DNA from: Antedon mediterranea
Lineage: Eukaryota; Animalia; Echinodermata
Length of the DNA stretch: 64,000 nt
Assembly: GCF_964355755.1 (NCBI RefSeq)
Contig: NC_092676.1
Span: 24,942,871-25,006,870, forward strand
Reading direction: 5' to 3'
A program made the position numbers and the translations under genes. Positions 37,097-51,002 of the stretch are shown here, piece by piece (position 1 is the first letter of the stretch; every line of letters starts with the position of its first letter). A model generated the notes under the pieces. That model was given only the letters and a program-made list of their open reading frames with translations, was not told the origin of the DNA and ran no database searches.

Positions 37097-37225
37097 CTCT
37101 CTACTTATATCTATCAAACTTTACGTGACAAAAAAAGTGTGACGTGCCCATATATGGATCCGATGACGTCATATCATTACCATATTTGGGCACATCACCA
37201 ACCAGTTTGATGTGTAGACAGAGCT
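37097..37225. mobile_element. MITE family 3 copy
   Basis: Right TIR intact and followed by TTA; CArG at 37148 and 37180; CRE TGACGTCA at 37164. Confidence 0.82.
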
Positions 37226-40200
37226 TTAGTTGTATTATTCATGAAGGAATTAGTCATATTCAAAATTAATTCCATCGCCCATGTTGTGAGGATATAACAT
37301 AGCATGTTGCATTACTTAACGACTATTTGTTTAATAATGAAGATTATAGCTGTCAAGTTAAGTTGATACATACTGTATATTCCGTGTGTCGACCTCTATA
37401 ATAAAAATAAAAAATATTAGCCGTACAATAGGTCGCAACAAAGCAATATTATATATTATAACATTTAATTAGTATCAAATCAATATCTGAAATCAAAAGA
37501 TACTTTACCACGCGATGTGTTATTTCAATAAATTGTGTACATTTTCTTAATAAAATGTGAGGGTATTGAAATTAAGGACCAAAAATATGATTTATTATTA
37601 ATGGTAACACAAATACAATTAATAGGTAGATACGAATAAACTATGCCGGTTTACGAAATTAATTTTCCATAATTACAAGCACTAATACTTCTACTAAACT
37701 GGCCCAGGCCAATGCGAACATCAATATGAATGAATTGCATTATGCCATTTCGTTGGCCTATACTTGTTGTAAACAGCCCGCGTAATCTTCTTGACAAAAT
37801 CGATCAGTGTAATGGCGTGGATCGTTTTCTTAAGTAGATGGTGTCCAATGTGTCACTGATGTGGAATTCTTTCTCTACTAATTATAATTTTTTATTTGAT
37901 ATAAACCGACACAATATCAAAAATATTAATAACATTAGCAAATTAAATTTAGAAAATGGAATTTATAACATTAATCTAAATACATTTCATCATCTTGTTG
38001 TAAAGAACCTCGATTTGAGTATACTGTATAATTTACTAGACTACGGTAACTCATTCCTCAACGACAACAAAAAGAGAATGTACACCTAGACCCTCGTGCT
38101 TGCTTACAGCAGGAAGGGGTAGTAATAGAGACTTTTAGATTTTCACGTCGACTGATACCCTATGACGTCATATGATATGCGCATGGGCAAGGCGACTGGC
38201 ACGTCGACTTCCAAATTTTTAGAACAGTAACATTTTGCCGTTCGCTCTCCGACATGAGAACGAGTGGACGTATGACGTCATAACACTGCAAAAGTTGACC
38301 AAAATCATGGCAGAGAATGATCTCGCGATGATTTTCTGAGAATGTAGTTCACTCAAATCTTAAAATCTAAACGAAAATAACGTTCGTGAAGTATCACTTC
38401 TATCCATCGTGAGGTGTCAAAGCCTTGGTACCGGACATTATGTTGTTTTTTTTTTCAGAAATGTGAATTATCGATTGATTGCCATTAGTAGAATGCCTTG
38501 GTCGTAAATTTATTTTAAAAATATGAATACTAAAACAATATCAACTTGTCAACATGGAATTTCGTTATAATTCCTTCTAATCCAAATACATATCAAAGTA
38601 TAAATTTTGATGTCAGCCTTAAATCCCCCGATAATTTGATTTAATTTCTAAAAAATTAATTTGTTTGCCCTCTTACTAATTTTGTTGAGCTCTTAAATTT
38701 GTTTCGCATGACGGTTTATCGCGGAAAACGCGCGTAAAGAATGTTTTTGTGATAAAATTATTGGAAAATAAAAATTCGTCCAGAAAACAATTTCATTTAA
38801 AACTCTTGCAGAAAATTGACTAGCTTATTGAAAATGTGACGTTTTCTCGAAAAAAATAATGTATATTATTACCATTAACAGTACTCTGAATAAACATTTT
38901 GTAAAAATAAAATAATTGGAGCGGGGTGGAAGTTGAATGTGTTCTTCTTCTTAGAAAACAATTCTCTTCTCTTCCGTCACACGTAACTCCATTATAATAG
39001 TCAGATAATGACCGATTTACACACCTAATTGAATCGTAGAACTTCTTTTCTTACATATTGAACCCGATGTGACATCGTTAAGAAGAAATAATATTAGATA
39101 AACTAGTACGCACAGCAGTAGCATGATAGTGCAAACTAAATAAGTTATATAATGATCATATTAATTTAATTTTTCAATTTCATAACTGACACCGTTATCT
39201 GTGTTACTTGTCTCTGCAAAAAAGTACAAGTTTACGACTCATGAACGTCATGTTAATTTTCTGTTTATCTTGTAGGCTTCCATACTGCTGAAGACCGAAT
39301 CCTTCTAGTCAACTTAGAGACAATTGAACCCCTTTATGATTATATATTATACAACCAGACTCCTCATACTATATAGACTGAGTCTCTGCAAACGACTACA
39401 ACCAGATTTCTTATGGCCGTTGTTTGGACTATTTTTCGGTCTATTCTACACCGCGCCAGATATTTCTTCTCGAGTCTACGACAAACTATGAGTGCCACCT
39501 CGACCCTTTCTTAATATACTCTTCATGAAACTCCGACCCATTTATTTGTTCACAAGTACAGTGACCGTGGTAATCCAAATCAGACTATACTTACCAAGAC
39601 GATTGACAAACGCTAATGAGGACTGCAATTCGCGTTCTCACTACAGCCAGAGATGTTAGTTGACTTGCAATAGCCTGTTACACTTTATCTAGTGACAGCT
39701 ACAGAATCGGGTGTTCTTTCAGTACAGTATGTTGTTCAACGAGAAAACAGCCATTTATATAAACTTATAAACATGACAAATTATATACGCCTGCGTAATT
39801 GTCTTAATTTTAGTTATTATTAAACTATTCATTACGACATTATACAGGTGCATTAAACATAGTACATGATAATATTTACAACTAAACTCATATTTCTCAC
39901 ATGAAATGATACATCAATGCGTAAATGCGACTTTGTTTTAAAGGTATATTTATAGTAATAGTGGTAAATTAAGATATGTATTATTTACAATCATGTTTTC
40001 AACATTTAACAGCTCTCATAATGTACTACAGTGACCACATGATTTAAACCTAATATAGAAATGTAATAATAATAATAATATAATATTGTAGGAGGAAAAT
40101 CATTACAGTATGTGATTGTTATCTTTTTTTAAAATTTCAGTATAAGGCGTATACAATAAAGTGAAAACAAAACCGACGCAGTGGTGACATGAGAAAGAAA

Positions 40201-40260
40201 AAAAAAAGTATAATGCATATGGTATTTTTAATTTTTCCTAATTTACAAAAGAAAAAAGTT

Positions 40261-40490
40261 CTATAAAATTAAAAGTTTCCATTCCGCGTTAAACAATTCT
40301 ATTTTGTCATTTATCGACTCTAAATACTCTTCTGCTTTTATGTTTCGCCTTATAAAGATTACCAGTCCTAGATTAGATGGTTTTTGGCACATCTGGATAT
40401 GTAAATACAAAATGTTACCAAAATGATAAGATTATTTACAGCATTACCAAATAAAATGCACTCTTTTGTAAGAGTTTTTATCCAAATTAT
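40261..40490 (-). pseudogene. L1/Tx1-clade LINE ORF2 C-terminal remnant
   Basis: KECILFGNAVNNLIILVTFCIYISRCAK / PSNLGLVIFIRRNIKAEEYLESINDKIELFNAEWKLLIL* with one frameshift. Resembles the ILFG..NxIIL..KYYIY..R..P..E.Y...NK...F..KW tail of Tx1-type ORF2. Confidence 0.6.
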
Positions 40491-43272
40491 TATTATTCCA
40501 CCCATGTATTTGCTTTTGATTTGTTGGATTATCTATTTGTTTTTACTTAAGTTCTTTTTGCACTACATCGCGCAAAGTTCTAAGTCGTTTAACAAATTAT
40601 ATCCATTACAGCAATTCTGTATATGGTCCAATACATGAAACATACAAGACGCTAAAATGTGTTCACTAGTTGTAAAATACTCATAAATACTTAATACGAC
40701 AAATCATCATATATTTATGAGTACAGCAGTTGATATTTTTCGACAATGTTGTTCATTCCATACAATATTAATGTCATAAGGTTTACGAATAAAGTTAAAT
40801 TGCTTAATTTAGAACAACCTGTACAATACACAGGAATATAATCTAGAATCTTTAAATTGCTTCATACGCTCAACAGTCCTTTGAAAATGTATGCTTGATG
40901 CACAACAAGGGAATTCCCGTTACGTCATTTTAAGAACAGGGTTTGGTAAAATAAACACCATTCGGGACTAAACCTTTTAATGTTATTACCTTAATGCGAT
41001 AAACTTTAAATCAGTAAAATTACCTTATAGAGCTAATAACACATTAAAGGCAGAATAACACTAAATATTAATGGATTTAAGTGCAAATAGGTGGATGTAA
41101 ACCTAACATTTATCACCGCGTGGTCACTAAACACTCACACGCGTTTATCGGTCGGAGACCTCGCCAGTTCCATTTCTTTCTCGTGTAATAATGCCTTTCG
41201 TATGAATTAAGTATTGCACCACGGTCGTCTACATCAAAAGTCAAGCCCTACTTAATATCTTTTATATCATTCTCTAAAGTATTGTGAAAGGAATACATCT
41301 AAAAGGTTATTGTTCCAATAATCTAGCATTTTTACACCTTGAAAACTGTGAAAACTTCAATAAAATGAAATGAAATTTGTTTTACAAAATTCTTTTTGAT
41401 AATAATTATTTTACAATTCACTTTATCACACAGTACGTTAATAATACAGACGTGTAAACACACAATAAAATGAATGAAATCCGAAAGTGAGATTCTGGAG
41501 GATAACTTACTAGAATGTTTGTGTTCATCCAAGCGTGGAATTATGTTAATTTTTAAACTATAAACCAATAAAATTACATAAACACATCGCCTTTAATGTA
41601 AAGATTCAACCCTAATGAAGTCTTGCTATTTAATATGTAAGATTTTTCTTTTCAACCGAGCGACGTTAACATTCCAATTTGTTATTGTTTTCGTACCCAC
41701 CCCGGGGAAGTTTTGTGACGTCAACATAGCATAGTTCCATGAAGATCCAAGTAGAAACTTACAATTGCTGTTGGCGCAATGACAATATGATTATTATGGG
41801 AAATAACGAATCATCAAAACCAAATGAAGGGGAACGCTCGAAGCAAACTGTCAACTCATGCGTTCATTTGCATCATTTATTTTATCCCGTCAGCATCCCG
41901 TCAACATCCCGTCACCGATGCTTTAAACTGATATACAATTAACAAATAAAATGAGTTTTATAGGAAACAGACTACCAATGCTTTCATGGCTTTAGTTTGT
42001 GGATTACTCACCCGAAACATCGTGGTCATACATAAATAAACTACCAGACTCTATTATCACTAACACACTATGCACGCGTTATATGAAAACATATAATATA
42101 ACACAATTATGTCTAAACACATATTGTGCCAATTGATTTTATAATACATTTTTTAAAACGATCGAAATAATCCTAAAACACCGACATTCCGTTCCTAAAA
42201 ATTTGTTTAGAAAACTTATGAAAATAATTTTTAATATTTTAAATCGCATGGCAACTTTCAAAATATCCCATTTGTTGATATTATTGCTTTGATAAATTTT
42301 AATAATATCTAATAATATATTTCGCAGTGAAGGTAGGCCTTTATTAAAGTAAAGTAAAGAAAGGCAATTTTAAAGATTGTACCAGCATCCCAAACCAATA
42401 ATTTGATAACGAAAAATAATATTATTTTCGAATTAAGATTATGACATTTTTTAAATATAAGTTTCGAATTGCTCAAGGGTGTATTTATTGTCTTTTTTAT
42501 GTTATTTCACCAGTCGTCGTTTCGATTTTTGTCTGAATAATGAGCTCATGTACGTGCCAAAATAATTATATTTTTACTAAATTCGGTCTAGACACCTAAC
42601 TAGGCCCAAACTAAACGCCCATGGGAATGAATTGGTCTGTAGGCCAAACAATCATAATTCTAGGTTTTTCTTTAAAAAAAAACCCAATATGTTACACATT
42701 TGTAGTAAAGTGCATTTAATTTTCACTAATTATCTGTTCACTGTTGCAAATGCTACTGTATGTAAAAATAGAGTAGAAAATAATATAATGTTTTAGAGGG
42801 CGTTTTCACACTTCTCAGTTAACATACCGTGTGGCAAGAGTTCTGGACTGGAAAACTCAATCATTATCCCCCCCCCCCCCCCCCCGCCCCCACAAACGTA
42901 ATCAAACTGTAATTTATTAAATTTCTTTATTTTCAAGTAAATGTATAAATTCAACTTATTTAATTGTTTTATAGTCATTGTTTGTGTGTTCTTTGTATTT
43001 CTTTGTTTTACGCACTACTGTAAATGATCGAATAAGCCAGACAATAAACCAGCTAATAGCCGCAATAAATGAAGACGTTTTAATAATCTGTAAGTATCGC
43101 TTAATATGTTCAAATGAGATTTGATTAATAATAACTCAATTTAATTGAAAACAACTTAATGTTAGAAACATCAATTTTAACTTTAAGATTTTAATTTGCC
43201 TCATTTTATAGATTTGTGTCAATGCTTAAATACCATCCACATATAATTAGTATCTCTGCTGTCAACGGATAA

Positions 43273-43646
43273 AGGAAAATTTACACAGACGGGCGGTAAC
43301 GGTAAAGCTTGGTTCCCACTAGAACGTAACGCAAAGACGTAAACGCAACGCATGCGTTTTAACCTATGACCAGCGAAGTTATAGACAGTTATCAATCACA
43401 AACGAATAAGCCATCGCTTGTGATTGGTCAATTCACTTGCGTTGCGTTACGTCCTTGTGTTGCGTCGCTAGTGGGAACCACGCTTAAGCGGCAAATCGCG
43501 TAGGTTGTTGTCACACGTAGAATCTGTATCTATCCTGAGCGGAAACCGCCCATCCTCTCCGCGTTGTGTGTAAATGGTCATAAAAGAATAAAATAGATTG
43601 TATTTTTACTACCGTTACCGCTCGGATAGTCTGTGTAAATTGGCCT
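43273..43646. mobile_element. MITE family 2 (GGCCAATTTACACAGAC TIR) with nested family-1 MITE (43306-43484)
   Basis: Outer element flanked by TAA; inner element has a TAA TSD. An uninterrupted outer copy at 56937-57117 provides the empty site. Confidence 0.9.
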
Positions 43647-44269
43647 TAACGCTTGCTTATTTAGATCTTTTATCATGTTCTTTGTGCAGTATAGAGGGAG
43701 CGGACACCTTCGGGGGTGGGGGACAGTCAGAAACCATCCCGCCCCTATTCAGGTTCTGAGGAAAAGAGAGGTTACAATACTACTTAAATTACGGCACTGA
43801 TAGAGGCTTGTGCACATCGGGTATTGCGTAAAAAGCTATGCGAAGCTGCGTTTAGTCACCGCGTACGAAAACTAAAGGTCGATATTATTTTAACCTTATA
43901 CGCCGATGAAATGCAATAGTACAATTTATTTTTATTCATAATTACAAAAAAAAAACAACTTTATTGCTGTTTTAAATCGATTTTGAATAATAAGTCCATA
44001 CATTTCCATAAAATTATATTGAGGTTACAATGGGAAAACATGTGTTTGCTGTTCATAGTATAGTACAGGGATTTGTTTTCGAAAAAAGGGGCAGTTAACG
44101 CCACAATAGATATTATACAAAACAATAGGTTAATATTCTCATATACTGTCACTAAAAAATTCTATATTATTTTAACGAACGATATACTGTATATGTTTGG
44201 CCATGACTCTCTATGCAAGTACAACACAATCGAGGAGTATCTGAATAACAAACAAATAACCTTTTTTTT

Positions 44270-44450
44270 ACCAGAGTTACGTAAATGGCAGATGTTATAT
44301 TGACTAAGTGTTCTTCTACAAATTCTATTTTTTAACCAAACCATTTTTCCAATGTATTTCTTCATTAAAGCCTTCATTATTGAACATCTATACTGTGCAA
44401 TTGTATTTCCACAACAGGTGCTACAAAATATTTCCTTCTCCAAACAAAGT
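44270..44450 (-). pseudogene. Possible decayed LINE ORF2 C-terminus
   Basis: IAQYRCS...IGK....KNRIC loosely matches the LxxxRxS..IE.GR....RIC tail of LINE ORF2s. Confidence 0.3.
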
Positions 44451-44562
44451 AATTATACCTTAGTTACTTTGTTTCCTCGTTACATATTTCCTCGTTCAAC
44501 TACTTATTTTAAATTATACATGTCATACTGCACATTGCAACAGCTTAACTTCGAATCAGTAA

Positions 44563-44847
44563 AGCTGCGTTCCCATTAGGACGCAACGCAAAGACGTAAG
44601 CGTTGACCAATGATAAACGTTGCGTTACGTCGTTGTGTTGCGTCTCTGGTTGGAACCGAGCATTAGACAGGGCCTATTTTCAGCTTATTTATCACGCGCA
44701 TGTCGTTGTTTTTACGTCTTTCAAGCTTAGTTTGAGACGCTACGCAATTGCGTACCGCATTTGACCAATCACAAGCGATGGATTATTCGAATGTCGCTTG
44801 TGATGGGTCAACTTACTTGCGTTGCGTCTCTAGTGGAAATCAAGCTT
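44563..44847. mobile_element. Two family-1 MITE copies (~44563-44662, ~44704-44847)
   Basis: Family TIR remnants and TTGACCAATCACAAGCG core. Confidence 0.7.
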
Positions 44848-46059
44848 TAGTGTGAACAAAGCACAATAACTTATAAAATAAAATAGTCCAATGCGAATAC
44901 AGTCTACAATTTTCCTTTACGAGTGCCTTGATATAGCGGAAATAGAACGTATAACAATACGCAAGTTATACGACGACCTCTCAATCCTGAACGTAATCAA
45001 AGACGTAATCCGAAGGATCGTTACAGGCTGTGCCATTTTTACGGCGTTTACGTTTGTCTTTCATCTAAGCGTTACCGGTGAATGGAACCATGTATTGTAT
45101 CCGCTGCTTCCAACCAATACTTACCACAATGGCTCGCCTAACGCTACGAGTCAATGGAAGTGATTTAACTTATACAAAAAAAAATAATTTTACTTACTTC
45201 AAATCAGCTACGTACGTAAAACCCAATTAAGCAGAATGTAAGTTCTCTAAGCTATGTTCAATTTCAGCAGTTATGTAATAGTATCCACACACCTTGTTTC
45301 CAATTGCAGATTTGACGGGCTTTCACTTTTCCAGCTATATGTAGTTAAGGGCTATTCCATTTTGAAAGAGGTAAGTATTTTAAAGAAGAGATAAACGTAC
45401 GACAGTATATAAAAGACACATACGACGACAAACAAAATGAATGGTCACACCTGCCTCCACCTAATAATGACGTATTACCATGAACACACAACCAAGGCGG
45501 CTCGAACTTTGGAAATTTAAGAAATAACAGTTTTATATCCGTCGGTGACATAAAGGGCCAAATACAATCAAGCTAAAATTATATCAAATTTTGGCCGTTT
45601 TATAATAATAATAATCTATCAATCATTTTGCTAATCATAATTTAAGTTTTGATTTGATGCATAGTATATACTGCCCACGCAAATATTGCTAGCGATTGAT
45701 AACTGGTATGTTAATAGAAATTAATAGACAATTTCAAATTATTTAACGCTTAGTATACAAACACATCTCAATTAATATTTGAAGCAACTTCAATTCCTAT
45801 CTTAATTTAAAACATAATTTATTTCTATGCAACAAAGTTAATTGGATGTTTTAGTGACATGTACTATATTATAAGCCTATAAAACACCATAGAAATACGT
45901 TGACAATGTACTTTTTATATAGGTAATGTTAGCGACCCATGCCATACTTTGATATAGGCCTATTAGCTATGGCCAATGAACTGAATAAAAACACTCAATG
46001 TCGACCGTACCCACAGAGCTGAAAACAGTAAACAAAAAAACCCGCAAAAACTATCCAAG

Positions 46060-46520
46060 TGCGTAACACTACCCTATAATGCGTTAACATTACCTTATAG
46101 TGCGTTAACACTACCCTATAGTGCGTTAACACTACGCTAAAGTGCGTTAACACTATCTTATTATGCGTTAACATTATCATATGTTGCGTTACCACTATAC
46201 CATCATTGTACGGTGCGTTATATGCGTTACAACCTATACGGTATGGTGCGTTACATGCGTTACAACCTATACGGTATGGTGCGTTACAACCTATACGGTA
46301 TGGTGCGTTACATGCGTTACAACCTATACTGTATGGTGCGTTACATGCGTTACAACCTATACGGTATGGTGCGTTACATGCGTTACCACCTATACGGTAT
46401 GGTGCGTTACATGCGTTACAACCTATACGGTATGGTGCGTTACATGCGTTACAACCCATACGGTATGGTGCGTTACATGCGTTACAACCTATACGGTATG
46501 GTGCGTTACCACTTTAACAC
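46060..46520 (+). repeat. Compound minisatellite: 21-bp (ACTACCCTATAGTGCGTTAAC) grading into 33-bp (CGGTATGGTGCGTTACATGCGTTACAACCTATA) x ~9
   Basis: Direct tandem arrays sharing a TGCGTTA(A)C core. Confidence 0.92.
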
Positions 46521-46933
46521 TATGATGTGTGATGAAAATGATTTCCTCCCGATATGTTACTCATTAATAGAAAAACAGAATAATTTTTTTTTTAATTTAA
46601 AACATTGATAAATGACAATGTACATTCGTATAATAGCATTAGTACGCGGTACACATCTGATCATTAAACAGTACGTCGCAACAATAGTTAGCGTAGGCCT
46701 ATATTACGTCATGGTTTGACGCAAATATCAACATTAATCGTATCATGAAGAGTATACATATAAAATGAATCTAATTATTCAACGTGTAAATGCCCACTCG
46801 TATGAAGAAAGTCATGCTTTCGCTAAAAGCTTAAAGGTAAAGCCTTACGCTAGCTATTATGGGTTCACATATGTTTATTCTTTACTAGACTCTCTGTACT
46901 GTAATATCTACCCAGTACGCAGATCGTTTATAA

Positions 46934-47089
46934 AGCATGGTTCACACTAGAGACGCAACGCAAGGACGTACGCGCAACGGAGAGTTGACCAATGACAAGG
47001 GACTGTTCGAATAATCCATCATTTGTGATTGGTCAAATCACTTACGTTGCGTTACGTCCTTGCGTTGCATCGCTAGTGGGAACCCAGCT
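46934..47089. mobile_element. MITE family 1 copy
   Basis: TAA TSD on both sides. Confidence 0.85.
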
Positions 47090-48539
47090 TAAAATACAAC
47101 AATGAGTACGCGCAATAATTTTTTTTATTCAAAGGCTTATAATAGTTATATTATTTTTTTTTAAAGACATTTTCCAGTAAAATATGTATAATTAATCAAT
47201 CAGAATTAATCAGTCAGAATTAATGAATAATATTAAAGTTAATCTGAACGAAATTCAAACAATGACGTCACGAGACGGCCATGGGTTTGAATTCATAAAA
47301 TAAAACGGGGGTTTTCACCCTTGTAACGTTGCCACTGTGGATGTGCGATTAAAATACAAAATTACGTTATAACTACAGGCTTATGAACTAAAATAGTTTG
47401 AAGCAGACTGGTTTTTGAAGTAACAAAATCAAACTTATTATTATTTCGTAAACCAACGTGTAGCGCGTGCGAGCGTCGTGATGACGTACACGCGCATTCC
47501 GTATCACCTTCATTTCTGAATGTGTGGAGGAACGAACCAAATAAATTAAGGATATTTTTTAGATCAAACAAACCGACAAACATGTGTTGTTGTTTTCCAA
47601 TATTAACACCTCAGAAAGTAAATTCCATGCTTTTGGCACATTTTAAATTACATGGATCATTATTCACTTGAGTGAAAACAGAATGGATTAACATGGCACA
47701 GGGCATCAATAGATAGCATATTGATTGAATACATTAGTGCATATACACACAAAAAACATGAATCCATATGACATTAATGTATGAATGCGATAATGTAGCA
47801 GACTCTACAATAATCAATGTGGATAAGACACCTGAAGATAACATTGAATTTTAATCACGATGATTAGACTTGGCCCAAATCTGTCTTTTTCATGTTAGTC
47901 CACCAGTAGTCGACGTTTCGATTTTTTGTCTGAAAATACGTGTATAATACGTATGAAACGCCATATGTGCCAAAATATCTTTTTACTGTACTAATTTCGG
48001 TCTAGAACCTAAGATGATATACGATGGTTATGTAAGGAAACACTAATGGACCTAAACAATTTTATTTCGTGTAGGGTTAAACGATTAACACCTTATCTAT
48101 ATATAAATTATGGTTAATTCTGACATAGGCGAGCACAATGCAAAAACTTCGGTACAAATCTCCGCCTTGGATACCTACCTTATCTATCTCAGATGTACCG
48201 CAAAACGTAGATTTGATAACATTAGTCGACACTATTGTTCCATATTTCTGTCTTAGGAAGATATTATAAAGAGTTTTTTAACAAAATTTATGATTTCAAC
48301 AGTAGATTTTAACTCAATTTCAATTCTTCGCGGGTCAAAGTAATTTCCGGGTTCACCTTTCAACAACCTGGTTTCAACTATTTTCTCTCTTTTATACACA
48401 AGGGAGCAGTTAAAAAAATAATTTGACCCTAAAGGTGACTGGAAACAGGCACTTACCATCAATCAATACAGTGTCCCTTTGGAAGAAGGAAGAAAAAAAC
48501 CGATAGTAGGACTAGTTGCATAGCCATTTCAGTTTTTTG

Positions 48540-48852
48540 TTTATTTTTTTATTTATTTATTTTTTTTTTAATTCAATTTTCAGGCACAACAATACATGAC
48601 AATACAGCGGTGCAGCACCCTGAGGATTGCCATGAGTGCAAAGCACTATCGAGATGGCTCTCCATATACTGCACTAGAACATATAAGACAAACATATACA
48701 CAAGATGCTCTACATAAACAAAGACTTAATATTAAGTCTTTGGGAGTGGAGTTGTAAATTGTCATGAGAAAAAAACCCTGACATATGACAGGACTTGAAC
48801 CCAGGACCCTTAGATTGGTAGCCAAGCATCATAACCACCAAGCCACAGCTCC
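48540..48852 (-). mobile_element. tRNA-derived SINE
   Basis: Minus-strand head GGAGCTGTGGCTTGGTGG (A box)...GGGTTCAAGTCC (B box) at 48783-48852, a body, and an (AATA)n/A-rich tail near 48540-48570. Confidence 0.7.
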
Positions 48853-49260
48853 ACTCCACTTTAGGAACGGACCGCGCGTGTGTAGTTAAAAAATAAAAAT
48901 TATACTGCAAATCAGAATCGGAATATATTGTGGGAAATATTATAAAATTACATAGGGAGATTTGATGATAAGACATTTTGTTTAAAATCGAGTGAAATCC
49001 CGATAGTTGATTGAGTAAGCTGGCAGGAATAACTGTAGGCTATCTGTGTCCCGTTAAGACCGAGATGTCTGCCCATGTTGCAAGCCGTAATGTCTTACCA
49101 AACAATAAACACTATACTTTAAAATGTTATTAATCATCTAAAACACTGTGAAACAGAGAAGTTTAGTTTTGCGAATGTCAAGCATTTTCTATAATGGTAA
49201 CCGACAGAAAACGTACAAGGAGAACATTTGTATCATTCCGAGAACCATCGTCTACACTTC

Positions 49261-49298
49261 CTAGAGGGGGAGCGAGCAAAGCGAGCTCACCCTCTAGT
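49261..49298. mobile_element. Isolated Helitron/HINE-like terminal hairpin
   Basis: CTAGAGGGGGAGCGAGCAAAGCGAGCTCACCCTCTAGT: a stem-loop ending in CTAG-T. Confidence 0.4.
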
Positions 49299-49782
49299 TA
49301 TATTAAATTTCACGTTCACCAATATCTTTCAAAACATGTGACGGATTACTAGCTATCAATTGAAATTAAATCATTACATTTTATATTGAGTCCATATCAA
49401 ATCCAGGTAACGGAAATAACGCGCTCATGATCTACACACGTTAAAATAGAAAAACATGTGAATGCTGCGGATACAGAGTTTGGTTCAATCGGAGGCATCC
49501 TCGTACAATAAATCATGCCTAATTGGTATTTTTTCATATTGCACCGTTATTTATAGCAATTGCTTGTACTCTTGCTTTGAATAGACTATATTTCACGAAT
49601 CAATATGATATAAAATATTAGTTTACGAGTAAACAGGATCCCTGCGGGGACCACGGTTCATTCGCAGTACTTGCTTATGTTCGCAATACCATCTAATTGT
49701 AGCACACTGTGTATAATAGGGGTAAGTTTTATATAATCTAGCACAGGAATAGTTGTTATACTATATTTCGTCAGTTTCTAAT

Positions 49783-49817
<35 letters not shown>

Positions 49818-51002
49818 GATTTTTATAGCGCACATACCACTCCAGAGTGCTCAAGGCGCATTTAAAAATAAAAAAGAAATAAATCATACAAATTCCTGAA
49901 AAATAAAATGCAATTTCTTTGGAGGGTCCCCATCCGTTGTCGTTCTGTCGCGGTCCCGGACCCCTACCTAATATCATGTGATGAGAGATAATTGACGTAA
50001 AAAATGTTCAATGTTTTAAAATAGAAAACTATCAACGGTTGACCATTAATCTACTTAATCTCGGATACTAATTGAATTGTTAATTAACTGTGGATTTATA
50101 AGAGTTACGTAGCATAATTTTGCGTTGTTTGTGCTTTTCTATTATTATCCGTTGCTGCTGTGTCTGGCCGTGTTGTTATTTGAAAAGAAGGCCCACTGAG
50201 GGGTCCTGTTACCGGAGGTTTCGTCTTCGTGTTAAGGAAACCAAGTGAACCATTACACCATAATATATATGCCTACCGTATACAATGTATGTCGTGACGG
50301 AGAACATTACATTGGAACTAGTGACGTCACACTGTAATTGCAGTTTTGTTTAATGTATAGCAAATATGTTTATCCCAATTCGTTCTGATGTGATTCACTC
50401 ATGAGAGTATTACAGGTATCAGGGATTACAAATACGTTCACATTAAGTAATGTGTTTTCATTAAACGATTTTGTTTACACGCTTGATCTTGTAAATGTAC
50501 TAAGTACGATTCTCAGCGTTTCCGTTTCACAATGATATTTCAGCGCCACACTCGGGTAATTCACCAAACTATTTGCATCTTCCTATACTTTGCAGAACCT
50601 TATTTGAGAATAGTCACACATGGAAGGCTTAAGTTTGTATGCGGTTCGAACATAGGCTACACCAGCAATGTATAATTATATAAGTGACCGCGTTGAAGCG
50701 GCGCACTCCTCAGTGGCTGACGTGATTTGCCTTCTATTCGTATAAATAGCATAGCATTACTCTATGTGGGTTCATGCCCAGCACTAGTCCGGGTTTCAGA
50801 CGAAGTTTTGACTTAATATTAGTAAACATATTGATATTTCGGCACATATGGCGTTTCATACGTATACTACTTGAGCTTGTAAACTGTATTTTCAGACACA
50901 AACCGAAATAAAATAAATAAAAAATACAATAAATACAGACTTGGGGCAAGTCTAGTCCAGCACCCACACTCAGGCTAAATTGAATTTGCTTAGTAATATT
51001 AT

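Noticed and set aside
38125-38400. Left end of a DNA transposon (ATAGAGACTTTTAGATT..., two CREs)
   Set aside because: No matching right TIR or TSD found by eye, so it was not annotated.
45995-46608. Four overlapping repetitive ORFs (GCNACNAPYRI etc.)
   Set aside because: Artefacts of the 33-bp tandem repeat.
48783-48852. tRNA gene
   Set aside because: A and B boxes are present, but the acceptor stem pairs poorly and it continues into a body with an A-rich tail; a SINE head fits better.
49977-50257. Solo LTR (TGTGATG...CATTACA ends)
   Set aside because: Only a 7-bp imperfect terminal repeat, with no TSD and no convincing PBS or PPT.
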